A stretch of 63,817 bases of DNA, taken from a bacterium (GTDB lineage Bacteria > Verrucomicrobiota > Verrucomicrobiia > Limisphaerales > JAJXZI01). The number at the start of each line of letters is the position of its first letter. The stretch's first letter is position 1. The notes beneath the pieces are model-generated. The model did not search any database. It saw only the letters and a program-made list of their open reading frames with translations, and was not told the DNA's origin. A program made the position numbers and the translations under genes. Positions 42,541-52,562 of the stretch are shown here, piece after piece. The DNA lies in the NCBI GenBank assembly GCA_021780115.1, contig JAJXZI010000174.1:1-63817 (forward strand), given 5' to 3'.

Positions 42541-43395
42541 ATGGCTTCGACTGACAACGGTGGCGGGGACGCCCGCCCGCCCGCGGGCGGGCCGTTCGGC
42601 CGGTTTTACCTGCAAGAATTGATCAACAGCGGCGGCATGGCCGACATCTGGCTGGCGACCGACCCGGACGGCAAACCCTTCGCCCTCCGCCGCCTGCACG
42701 CCCGGTTGCGCTGGGATTGGGTCGCCCGGCGCCGCTTCTTCCGCGGCTGCGAAGTCCTGGCCCGCCTGCAGGACTACGACCACGTCATCGGCTACGTCGA
42801 GCACGGCAAAATCGGCGCCACTCCGTATCTGCTGATGGAGTACGTCGAGGCCGCGAACTTGAAGGAGCTGTACGCGCGGCAGGATCCGGTGCTGGTCGAG
42901 AACGTCGCCAACATCCTGATCGACATGGCCGTGGGTCTGGAGCACGTCCACGAAAACGGCTTCATGCACCTGGATTTCAAGCCGGAGAATGTGCTCGTCA
43001 CCCGCAACGCTGGCGTGCGCCTGGTGGACTTCGACCTCGCCCAGCCGATTCCGGAGCGGCCAAAGAAGATGCGCAAGAATCCCGGCACGCCCGCTTACAT
43101 GGCCCCGGAACAGTTGCTGCGCCAGCCCATCGACCGGCGCGTCGATATCTTCGCTTACGGCGTCTCGGCCTACGAGTTGTTGACCAACCAGAAGCCGTTT
43201 CCCGGCGACACCCCGGAAGAAATCCTGCGCCGCCAACTCGACCGCGCGGGTCTCCCGCCGCTGCGTGAACACAATCCCGATCTGCCGGCGAACCTGGAGA
43301 AGATCGTCCTCCGCTGCCTGGAGCACGAGCCCGATAAACGCTATCCGTTTGTGAGCGTGCTGGTGCGCGACTTGAAGGCTGCGTTGTATCTTTAG
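42541..43395 (+). CDS. Hanks-type Ser/Thr protein kinase (atypical motifs)
   Basis: SGGMADIW, LLMEYV, HLDFKPENVL, VDFDLA, GTPAYMAPEQ, DIFAYG; cytoplasmic, no TM segment. Confidence 0.88.
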   Translation: MASTDNGGGDARPPAGGPFGRFYLQELINSGGMADIWLATDPDGKPFALRRLHARLRWDWVARRRFFRGCEVLARLQDYDHVIGYVEHGKIGATPYLLMEYVEAANLKELYARQDPVLVENVANILIDMAVGLEHVHENGFMHLDFKPENVLVTRNAGVRLVDFDLAQPIPERPKKMRKNPGTPAYMAPEQLLRQPIDRRVDIFAYGVSAYELLTNQKPFPGDTPEEILRRQLDRAGLPPLREHNPDLPANLEKIVLRCLEHEPDKRYPFVSVLVRDLKAALYL

Positions 43396-43905
43396 CGGGC
43401 AGGCCTGCCCAGCTAAGTGAAGGCTTCTGCCTGAGGGCATCCTCGTCCGGCAAGGCTCCTTCCAAAGACCACCCCAAACTGCTCCGGAGACAATCGACGC
43501 GGACGACCACGGGACCTGCCGGGCCGCCCATCGCCGACGACCGGGCATGACTCCGGGCGCGAATCAGTGCGACTAAAGAGGTAAAGAAAAACCGCTTGCG
43601 AACAGGGGATTCTGGTGCAAGTTGGGATTTCTGGAGCAGGGAAGAAGCGACTAGGCGCCGCTGCGAGGAAGGGCGGCACCCAGACCGCCGGGATTTTGCC
43701 TCCCGAGGAAAGTGGCTCCGGGGCGGCTGGATCGGCCGAGTTCCGTGAGTGCGGAAGCGCTGGGCCGTTGTGTGCCAACCGTAATTGCATTCAAAGAACA
43801 GAGAAAGCAAACCAGAAACCACGCGCCGTTCACCCCCCGCCGCTTCGACTTGCGGGGCGCGCCTGCCTTGGATGGTGCCAGGGTCTTCTGGACCAAAAGC
43901 GCGTT

Positions 43906-46900
43906 ATGACAACAAACCAAAACCCGCCGGGTCCGCGAAGGACACGCTGTAACCCCAATCTCGCCCTCCAGCGCCGCACTCGGTCCCCAGGCGAATTGGC
44001 CGCGAACGCGTCCTCTCCATGCCGGCCACCACGCGGGTTGCTTCGGGCTGGTTGTATCATTCTGCTGTTCCTGCTGGCGACTTTGGGCCCCCGGACCGCC
44101 CGTGCGCAAGGGGCGTTGACCAATGGAGCCGGGCAGGGCGGCAGCATCACCACCACAGGCCAAATTGATTCCTGGACCACCGTTGCCCACCGGGGAGACC
44201 GCGTCGCCGTGCAGGTCGCCAAACTTTCCGGAGGCGTGACCTTTGAACCAATGATTCAGGTGTTCGGACCGGATGGCTTTCCGCTCGGTTCCAATTCCGG
44301 CGCCGTGGCGGCGCGGGTGGACATCCAGGCGCCCGTCAGCGGCACCTTCACGGTGACCGTGAGCGACTCCACCCAGACCGGCACGGGCACATACCAATTG
44401 CAGTTGGCCCAGGTGCCGGGCGTGTTCACCGTGCCGGCGGGGGACGACGGCGGGGCGCTGACCAACGGCGCGAATGCCCAGGGCACGATTGCCGTGGGCG
44501 ATCTGGACTTGTGGTCCTTCCCGGCGAATGCCGGCGACCGAATCGCCCTCCAGGTCGCCAAGCTTTCGGGCGGCGTGACCTTCAAGCCGCAGATCGAATT
44601 GTTCGCGCCCGATGGCACGCGGTTGGGCGTGAATTGGGACACGGTGGCGGCGCGTCTGGACGTCCAGGCCGAGGTCAGCGGCACCTACACGGTTTTGGTC
44701 AGCGCGCAGAGTCCGGACGCCACCGGAGGCTATCAGCTTCAGTTGGCCCAAGTCCCCGAAACCTTCGTCGTGCCGGCGGGCGACGACGGCGGCGCCTTGG
44801 CCGACAATGTGGATCAGGACGGCACCATTGCGCTGGGCGACTTCGATCTCTGGACCTTCTCCGCCAGCCCGGGAGACCATATCACGTTGCAGATCACGGC
44901 ACTGTCGGGCGGGGTGACCTTCACGCCGAAGATCGAACTCTTCGGGCCCAACGGGGAAGGCAAGGGTTCGGCCCAAGGCGCGACGACGGCGACCATTGAC
45001 ACGGCCATCGAAACCGCCGGCACCTACACCCTCCTCGTCAGCGACGCCATTCCCTCGGGCAACGGCACCTACCGGCTGCATTTGACCCGCGGCACCATCG
45101 CGCCCGCCGGCGCCAACGTGCTGGTCAACGGCGAAACCCAGACGGGTTCCATTGCGTCGGCCGGAACGACCAACTTCTGGACGTTCACCGCCAGCGTCGG
45201 CGACAGCCTCGTGGTGCGCATCGGGGCACTGGCAAACACGGCCTTCTTCCCCTGGATACGCCTGCGCAATCCCGCGGGCGCGCAAATCGGATCCGCCTTC
45301 GGAGCGAACGCGGCGGAGATCGCGGTGACGGCCACCAACAGTGGGACCTTCACCGTCGTCGTCAGTGACGGCAGCACGGGTCGGAATCAAACCGGGGACT
45401 ACCGCCTCACCCTCGGAAAGACGGGCAGTCCGATCGTCGTCGCGGCTGGCGACGACGGCGGGCCGATGACCAACGGCTGGACGCACACCGGCAGCATCAC
45501 CACCGGCGACCTCGATGTCTGGAGTTTCACCGCCCAAGCCGGCGAAAGCCTCGTCGTGCGCGTCGGCGACTTCACCGGCACCGCCAACCTGTTTCCCTGG
45601 ATCCGGCTTTACGGGCCGGACGGGGCGGGGCTGGGAGGAGCCACTGGGGCTTTTGCGGCGGAGGTCACCGCGCGCGCGACCAATAGCGGAACCTTCACCG
45701 TAATCGTCGGCGACGGCAACACCGGCCTTGGCGGCACCGGCGACTACCGTCTGACGCTGGCCAAGACGGGCAGTCCGATTCTGATCTCGGCCGGCGAGGA
45801 AGGCGGGCCGATGACGAACGGCTGGACGCACACCGGCACCATCAGCACGGGCACGCTGGACGTGTGGAGTTTCACCGCGCAAGTCGGGCAAAGCCTGGTG
45901 GTCCGCGTTGGCGACTTCACCGGCACCGCCAACCTGTTTCCCTGGATCCGGCTTTACGGCCCGAACGGGGCGGGGCTGGGGGGGGCCTCCGGGGCTATTG
46001 CGGCCGAGGTCACGGCGCGGGCGACCAACAGCGGTGTCTTCACTGTGGTGGTGGGCGATGGCAACACCGGCATCGGCGGCACCGGCGACTACCGCTTGAC
46101 GCTAGGCAAAACCGGCAGCCCCATCCTGATTTCCCCCGCCGAGGAAGGCGGGCCGATGACGAACGGCTGGACGCATACCGGCACCATCAGCACGGGCACG
46201 CTGGACGTGTGGAGTTTCACCGCCCAAGCCGGGCAAGGCCTGGTGGTGCGCGTCGGCGACTTCACCGGCACCGCCAACCTGTTTCCCTGGATCCGGCTTT
46301 ACGGGCCGAACGGGGCGGGGCTGGGAGGGGCCTCCGGGGCTTTTGCGGCGGAGGTCACCGCGCGGGCGACCAACAGCGGTGTCTTCACTGTGGTGGTGGG
46401 CGATGGCAACACCGGTATCGGCGGCACCGGCGACTATCGGCTCACGTTGGGCCAGACCGGCAGCCCGGTCGTGATTTCCCCGGGCGAGCAAGGCGGGCCG
46501 ATGACAAACGGTTGGACGCACACTGGGACGATCAACACGGGGACGTTGGATGTGTGGATCTTCCCGGCCCAGGCTGGCGAGCGCGTCTTGTTGCGTATGG
46601 GCGACTACACCGGGACCGCCAACCTCTATCCCTGGATCCGGCTCTACGGTCCGGACGGGGCAGGGCTGGGAGGGGATTCCGGCTCCGTGGCGGCGGAAGT
46701 CACGACGCTGACGACCAACAGCGGCATCTTCACCGTGATCGTCGGCGACGGTAACACGGGCATCGGTGGCACCGGCGACTACCGCCTGACGCTCGCCAAG
46801 ACGGGCAGCCCGCTCGTCATCTCGCCGGGCGACGAAGGCGGGCCGATGACCGGGGTTGGCGCCTACGACGGACTGATAGACGTCGGCGGTCTGGCTGCGT

Positions 46901-47385
46901 GGTCATTCACCGCTTGCGCGGGTGACGTCATTTCCATCAACGCAGCCAGACTGGTCAGCGGCAGCTCGCTGGCTCCGTGGGTTCGCCTTTACGGTCGTGA
47001 CGGCGTGCTGCTGAAGTCGGTGGTCAACGCCCCAACGGCCGGATTTGTCACCGCCGCGCCCGCCGACGGCAGTTACCTCGTGGTTGTGGGTGACGGAAAC
47101 AACGGCCTCGGCGGCACCGGCACCTACCGGTTGACGGTGAACGGGTTTTCCAATGCGCTGAAAGTCTGCCTCCCGGCCATCAGCGGCGCGAAACTGAATG
47201 TCACTGGGGTCGGCGGGATGCCCGGCGCCACGTTCGTCCTGTTGACCACCACGAACGTCGCCGCGCCCGCCAACCTCTGGACGCCGATCCTGACCAATCA
47301 GTTCGACCAGTACGGTGTGTTCAACTCCACGAACTCCTACTCTTCCACCGTGCCGCAGCAGTTCTTCCGCCTCTCTGTCCGCTGA
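43906..47385 (+). CDS. Large secreted protein with nine ~115-aa PPC-like beta-sandwich repeats and a C-terminal FFRL domain
   Basis: Signal peptide ending TARAQ; repeats G.(L/M)TNG...G.I...D.W.F.A..G...P.I.L.GP.G...GT(F/Y)TV.V.D...G.Y.L.L; ends PQQFFRLSVR. Confidence 0.85.
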   Translation: MTTNQNPPGPRRTRCNPNLALQRRTRSPGELAANASSPCRPPRGLLRAGCIILLFLLATLGPRTARAQGALTNGAGQGGSITTTGQIDSWTTVAHRGDRVAVQVAKLSGGVTFEPMIQVFGPDGFPLGSNSGAVAARVDIQAPVSGTFTVTVSDSTQTGTGTYQLQLAQVPGVFTVPAGDDGGALTNGANAQGTIAVGDLDLWSFPANAGDRIALQVAKLSGGVTFKPQIELFAPDGTRLGVNWDTVAARLDVQAEVSGTYTVLVSAQSPDATGGYQLQLAQVPETFVVPAGDDGGALADNVDQDGTIALGDFDLWTFSASPGDHITLQITALSGGVTFTPKIELFGPNGEGKGSAQGATTATIDTAIETAGTYTLLVSDAIPSGNGTYRLHLTRGTIAPAGANVLVNGETQTGSIASAGTTNFWTFTASVGDSLVVRIGALANTAFFPWIRLRNPAGAQIGSAFGANAAEIAVTATNSGTFTVVVSDGSTGRNQTGDYRLTLGKTGSPIVVAAGDDGGPMTNGWTHTGSITTGDLDVWSFTAQAGESLVVRVGDFTGTANLFPWIRLYGPDGAGLGGATGAFAAEVTARATNSGTFTVIVGDGNTGLGGTGDYRLTLAKTGSPILISAGEEGGPMTNGWTHTGTISTGTLDVWSFTAQVGQSLVVRVGDFTGTANLFPWIRLYGPNGAGLGGASGAIAAEVTARATNSGVFTVVVGDGNTGIGGTGDYRLTLGKTGSPILISPAEEGGPMTNGWTHTGTISTGTLDVWSFTAQAGQGLVVRVGDFTGTANLFPWIRLYGPNGAGLGGASGAFAAEVTARATNSGVFTVVVGDGNTGIGGTGDYRLTLGQTGSPVVISPGEQGGPMTNGWTHTGTINTGTLDVWIFPAQAGERVLLRMGDYTGTANLYPWIRLYGPDGAGLGGDSGSVAAEVTTLTTNSGIFTVIVGDGNTGIGGTGDYRLTLAKTGSPLVISPGDEGGPMTGVGAYDGLIDVGGLAAWSFTACAGDVISINAARLVSGSSLAPWVRLYGRDGVLLKSVVNAPTAGFVTAAPADGSYLVVVGDGNNGLGGTGTYRLTVNGFSNALKVCLPAISGAKLNVTGVGGMPGATFVLLTTTNVAAPANLWTPILTNQFDQYGVFNSTNSYSSTVPQQFFRLSVR
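45399..46850 (+). repeat. Intragenic tandem repeat, 345-bp period, about 4 near-identical copies
   Basis: ccgatgac recurs at 45463, 45808, 46153, 46498 and 46843. Confidence 0.9.
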
Positions 47386-48017
47386 CCGTCCTGGTGGCGG
47401 ACCTTGGTGTGCTCCACCAGCCCGCAGCACCGGCGGTGACGATAGCGGTCGGTGGCCGCGCGCGGACAGGCAGGACCACACGCCCGCCCAGGCGATGGCG
47501 GAAAGAACGCTTGCCGCCTTGAACCGGCCGAACACGGCCACGTCAACGCTGTTGGTCGTGCCGAGTGGCCGTTCTCCTGCCGCGATCTGCGCGCAAGTTC
47601 GACAGGCGCGGCTCCTCCGCCAGAGCGGTAATGCGGTTCAGGAAGCCATCGTCCTGCACGCTCACTGGCTACCGTTCCAGAATACCGCCCGGTAGGAATC
47701 ATCGGCCGGAAGGCGGCACGGCGCACGACGGGCGGCAAACTCCAGTGCCCGGCGCCCACCAGAAGAACCGCCGTCCAGAAGCGGGCACGGCGGCACGCGC
47801 TTGGTAAATTTGTGTAAGAAAAACATTGTGTTGTGACAGTGGACGAGTAGCCTTGCTTCCATGGTGTGGGGCACAAAGGTTTTCTTCCACCGACAAAACA
47901 GCCACGGGCGATGCGCGGCGCGTTCCGCTTTGGTGTGCGTGCTGGAAGCGTCGGAACAGCGGCCGTGACGCCACAGGAGAACCGCCGCCAAACCCTGCCT
48001 CCACAACTTCACCACCT

Positions 48018-50348
48018 ATGAAAATCAGAACCTTAACCTCAAACCTGCATCCCCTCACTGCCGTCGCCCGACTGGCGCGGCTGGCCCTCGCGACCGCGCT
48101 GGTCGCCGGCGCGTCCAACCGCCTCGGCGCCACCGAACTGCTCACTAACGGTGGTTTTGCCAACGGCCTCGTCGGTTGGAAACTCTCCAGCCGCTTGGGC
48201 GCCTGGAACCCGCTCCAGAACCCTGGCAGCGTCACGCCCGTCAGCCTGCACCCGGACGGCTCGCTGGTGTTGAGCGGCTTCACCGGCGTCATCCTGTATC
48301 AAAACCTCAACGTCACTGGCGTTGCCGGTCGCACCGTCACGCTGTCGGCGAGCCTCCAGAAAATGTCCGCCCCGCCCGGCCAGACGGTCGCGTTCTACCT
48401 CGATTGCCTGACGACCAACGGCGCGGTGACGCGCCTCCTCGCGGCCAGTCCTGACAACAACCTCGCGCCAATGGGCACTCCGACCAACCTCACCGTAACG
48501 GTCGCCTTGCCCGCCAATGCCGCCCGCCTGGTGCGCCTGGTCATTGCCAAGCAGAACTATGGCGAGTTCAACGTCGGCGGCCTGAGCCTCGCGGCGGATG
48601 GCGTCACCGTCGCGGCGGGGCCGGTCATCACCAGCGTGCAGCCGCCGGCCGGGCCGTACCACGGATCGGTCACGATCCGCGGCCAGGGTTTCGGCGCGAC
48701 GGCCGGCACGGTGCTGCTGGGCGTGGATCCCGCGGACGATCCGGCGGGCACGCCGCCCCCGGGCAGCGCTCCGCAGATCACCAGTTGGTCGGACACCGCG
48801 GTGGTCATTCAACCCGTCGAACCCAATCGCAGCGGGCGGCTGGTCCTGCTGGCGGGCGGCGTCGAGAACCACGGTGACGCCGGCTTCACCGTCACTTCGC
48901 CGAACTTCACCGTGGACGTGCAGACGCCGGAAATCAGCGCCCTCCGCGGCCAGAAGGTGGCGTTGCTGCTCCGCGTCAATTTCCTCAACGGCTTTCAGAG
49001 CGCCAACGGCGTGGACTTCATGATGCACACGCCGCCCGGCGCCGGGCAGTCCTTGACGCCACCGCTGAAACGGTCCGGCGGAAGCGTGATCCAGATTGAC
49101 ACCAGCGCGCTCGCGCCGGGGGTGTATCCCTGCCTGGCGCAGAGCCTCGAAGACCAGTCCTACGCCCGTTTCGCCAACGCCCGGCTCACCGTCAAGACTG
49201 TCACCAATATCGTCTTCACCACCGCCGGTTATCCGCCCAGCCCGATCACCAGCCTGACGGTGACGAACCAGAACCAGTTTTACGTCAGCTTTTCCGTCAT
49301 CCAGAACGACGGCACCACCTATGGCTCCACCCAGTTCGGCCCGGGCCCGCTGCCGCCGGTCACGGTCGTGTCCAGCGATCCGAACGTCGTGCTCGTGGCC
49401 CAGGACAACATGGGTTTCAACACCTACTACGCCGTGGGTTCCGGCGCTGCCAACCTCACCGTCACCTCCGTGGACGGGTTCAGCGCGACGCTGCCGGTCA
49501 CCGTGAACCTGCCGGCTTCCCCGCGCATCACCAGCGCGGCCAGCATCCCCGGCACGGTGGACAATTCCGGCGCCAGCACCAACCTGCTCTTCTGGCAGGG
49601 CAGCGGCGGGGCGATCACCTGGATCGGCTATCAAGGCAACGGGGCCTTTTCCTTCGACTCCATCGTCCGCGACCCCGACGCGCAGACGGCCCACTGGCCG
49701 GTCGCCGTGCCGGCCGGCACCATGCCGGGCACCTATCTTTTCTACGCCAGCATTGGGGACCAGTACAGCGGCGTGCAGCGTCCGCTTTTGTTGAACGTGC
49801 AAAACGCCGCCAGCCGCGGCCAGATCACCGGCCGCTTCTTCACGATCACCGCCATGCCCTACATGGAGGTCAGCGGCGTAATGGAAGTGTATCAAGCCAG
49901 CGGCGCGCTCGTGAGCACCAACCGGATCTGGAGTTCCGATGGCCGCTACACCGTGCCGTTTCTGGCGCCCGGCGACTACCGGCTCCACTTCGTGCCCGAC
50001 ATGACCCTCGCGGCGCAATGGTATCCCAACGCCGCCGCGGCGGCCGATGCGTCGGTGCTGAGCGTCGCCGCCGGCCAGACCGTCAGCAGCGTCAACTTCG
50101 TCCTGCTGGACGCGCCGGCGCCGCCGATGAACCTGGCCTTGCCGATGCCCGTCGTCCAAGTCGGTGTTCCCGGCTTGCCGGTTGCCACCATGCCGGGCGT
50201 CGAATATGCCCTGGAGTCTGCCGACGCCCTCGGCGGCCCGTGGAAAACCGTCGGCCAGCTCAGCGGCGACGGTGGCGTGCGGATGCTGAACGACCCAGCC
50301 CCAGGATCCGCCGCGCGGTTTTACCGCGTGCGGATGTTCGTGCCGTAG
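48018..50348 (+). CDS. Secreted multidomain protein (CBM-like N-terminus, IPT/TIG, Ig-like, C-terminal FYRV domain)
   Basis: Signal peptide, ELLTNGGF...GW, PVITSVQP...VTIRGQGFG...ITSWSDT (IPT), DGRYTV..LAPGDY...QWY; ends ARFYRVRMFVP. Confidence 0.8.
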   Translation: MKIRTLTSNLHPLTAVARLARLALATALVAGASNRLGATELLTNGGFANGLVGWKLSSRLGAWNPLQNPGSVTPVSLHPDGSLVLSGFTGVILYQNLNVTGVAGRTVTLSASLQKMSAPPGQTVAFYLDCLTTNGAVTRLLAASPDNNLAPMGTPTNLTVTVALPANAARLVRLVIAKQNYGEFNVGGLSLAADGVTVAAGPVITSVQPPAGPYHGSVTIRGQGFGATAGTVLLGVDPADDPAGTPPPGSAPQITSWSDTAVVIQPVEPNRSGRLVLLAGGVENHGDAGFTVTSPNFTVDVQTPEISALRGQKVALLLRVNFLNGFQSANGVDFMMHTPPGAGQSLTPPLKRSGGSVIQIDTSALAPGVYPCLAQSLEDQSYARFANARLTVKTVTNIVFTTAGYPPSPITSLTVTNQNQFYVSFSVIQNDGTTYGSTQFGPGPLPPVTVVSSDPNVVLVAQDNMGFNTYYAVGSGAANLTVTSVDGFSATLPVTVNLPASPRITSAASIPGTVDNSGASTNLLFWQGSGGAITWIGYQGNGAFSFDSIVRDPDAQTAHWPVAVPAGTMPGTYLFYASIGDQYSGVQRPLLLNVQNAASRGQITGRFFTITAMPYMEVSGVMEVYQASGALVSTNRIWSSDGRYTVPFLAPGDYRLHFVPDMTLAAQWYPNAAAAADASVLSVAAGQTVSSVNFVLLDAPAPPMNLALPMPVVQVGVPGLPVATMPGVEYALESADALGGPWKTVGQLSGDGGVRMLNDPAPGSAARFYRVRMFVP

Positions 50349-50669
50349 CCGCGCATCCGCTTCGGCTCCATTGGGCGACGACCACGCCCGCGAAAGGGCG
50401 TGGCCGTCCGCCGCCCGAGAGGGTGAGCCGCACCGGCGCGAGATCTGACTGGGGGACAAGCCGCTGTCGGCGCGGCACCGGGGCTTGAGGGACAGTCGCC
50501 AGTCGCGGGTTTCTGCACGCTGAGGCTCGCGGTCGGACAAGCGGGCTGGTTTGCGTGTATTGGAACCGAGTCGGTCCCCGGTGCCAGGGCAAGGGGCCAA
50601 GCCCCCCCAAACCTGACCGGATGATTGTTGACTGCCAGACGATGGCTCAGCCTCGCTTTGACCCGAATC

Positions 50670-50790
50670 TGCCAGCCCCCCACCAGGACGGCCACGCTGA
50701 TCCCGGCCAGCAACGCCAGCGAGGCCAGCAGCATCAAGGCACAGTAGATCGCCAAGAGCATCGCCGACGAGGGGAGAAGACGTTCATGTC
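50670..50790 (-). pseudogene. ZIP-family metal transporter remnant (N- and C-terminal ends joined)
   Basis: LLAIYCALMLLASL|ALLAGISVAVLVG directly downstream of the P-type ATPase remnant. Confidence 0.4.
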
Positions 50791-51420
50791 AGTGGGATAC
50801 TGAAGCTACATTCAACGACGCATCGGTGGTGGCGGACATCGGTCGGCGTAAGTCGGCGCTGAGTTTCGGGGCGCCTCGCTCGCCTCGCCCGACGGCGGCG
50901 GCTGCGGCCAAAGGAGCGGCTTGATACGGTTCCAGTTCTTCGCCGTGGCGCACGAGGCGGAAGTTGTTGAACACCCCCAGCCGCGAGCCGGTCACGTGGA
51001 ACACCGCCGCGACAATGGGCGTGATCAACCGCAGGGCGCCGAGGACCGTGCCGCCCACCACCAAGGCCAGGCGACGCAGGAAGTTCTGGTTGATGACCGC
51101 GCGCTTTTGCCCCGAGAGCCGGAGCAGGACCGGCAGACGGCGCAGGTCGTTGTTCATGAGCGCGATGCTGGCGCTGTGGATCGCCACGTCACTGCCGGCG
51201 GCAACCCATCGCGATGCCCAAGTCGCCGGCGGCCAGGGCGGGCGCGTCGTTGACGTCGTCGCCGACCACCGCTACGCGGTAGTCCTTTGCGCGCACTTGC
51301 CGCACGAAATCCACTTTTGTTTCCGGCAGGCAATCGCCCAACACCTCGGGGCAACCGAGTTCGCGCGCGACCTGCTCGGCCACTGTTTTGCGGTCGCCGC
51401 TGGCGATGGTCACACCAAAC
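50789..51420 (-). pseudogene. Heavy-metal P1B-type ATPase C-terminal remnant
   Basis: SGDRKTVAEQVARELG, CLPETKVDFV, VAVVGDDVNDAPALAAGDLGIAMG, then a frameshift to AIHSASIALMNNDLRRLP; N-terminal two thirds missing. Confidence 0.85.
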
Positions 51421-51456
51421 GGAAAGGCAGGGAGCGTGCCAGCGGCCAACATGCCC

Positions 51457-51485
51457 GTAGCAGCCGAGGTGAGGAAGCTCTGATC
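51457..51485. repeat. REP-like half element at the island boundary
   Basis: gtagcagccgaggtgaggaagctctgatc begins with GTAG, like GTAG-class REPs. Confidence 0.35.
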
Positions 51486-51760
51486 TTGTCCGCCAAGGGC
51501 TATTGGTCATTGCGGATAGTGAAGCCACCCGCGTCAGATGGGTCATTCCGGGATCAGGTCGCGGTCGCCGGGCATTATCTCAGAAGCGTGGCGTTCCACC
51601 ACGGTGAGAACAGTGAAGCGTGGCGATTTGCCACGACGAAATTCCCTCCTAAAATAGGAGGGCTGAAAGCTCGAAAGCAAACCCCGCCTTGGATTGACAC
51701 CCAGGTGGGCGACGTTCGTGACCGCTTTACGTCAGGCCGCAGTTCTGCGATAACGACGCC

Positions 51761-52562
51761 ATGCCGACCGGCCATCCATGTCTCGAAGTTTTCGCTTGCT
51801 GCGTTGCGGCGATTCAGGGGCACAAGCTGATTCGCTGCGAGAGCCGGCAGGACAAGGAGTTTCACTTTCAGGATTGGTTCAAAGCGCGGCTTGGCGAAAC
51901 AGGTTTGAACTTTGAAGTTGGGGGCAGGAACACGTATCCGGATTTTCGGCTCGTTGCGTCGGTGGATGGATTCGAGGTAAAAGGGTTGGCGTATCCGGGA
52001 CGCGAAGCCAATTACGACTGTAACAGCCAAGTGCCGTCCGGCAGCCACAACGGACGCGCCATCTTCTACATCTTCGGTCGTTACCCGGCCGAACCGGACG
52101 GCGACACTTATCCGGTGCTCGACCTCGTCGTCTGCCACGGCGATTTCCTGAACGCCGACCACGATTATGTTCACAAGAACAAAAGCGTGAAGGGCTTTGG
52201 CAGCTACGGCGACATCCTGATTCGCGATCGGAAGATGTACGTCGCCCCAACGCCGTTTGGCCTGACGACCGGCACGGCGCACAACCAAACGCTGATTCTT
52301 CCCGCCGACTTCCGCGTGGACTCTCGCTTCCGTGCGGTCGGAAATCTCATCCGCCGCGAAGCGGAGAGGCTGATTGTTGGATACACGTTTGACTTGAGAA
52401 CGAACGATTTGAGGCCAGAGCGAGTCATCAATCCGGCCGCGGGTAAAGAGCACCGGTTTGCCGCTTATCGGCTCCCAAGGAGCGGTGACGGAAGCAGTGG
52501 CGATGCGCCCGCCGCGCGAGGTCATTGCGGAAGTTGCGAACGCCGCGGAGGAAGATGAGTAA
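51761..52562 (+). CDS. Putative PD-(D/E)XK restriction endonuclease, probably frameshifted near the 3' end
   Basis: DKEFHFQDWF, YPDFRL...GFEVKG, DCNSQVP; overlaps the start of a DNA methyltransferase. Confidence 0.65.

Noticed and set aside
45399..46850. CRISPR or non-coding repeat array
   Set aside because: The period is 345 bp, in frame, and encodes protein domains
47390..47810. Possible small gene between the two large secreted proteins
   Set aside because: No frame gives a recognisable product or convincing start; may be a decayed fragment but cannot be supported
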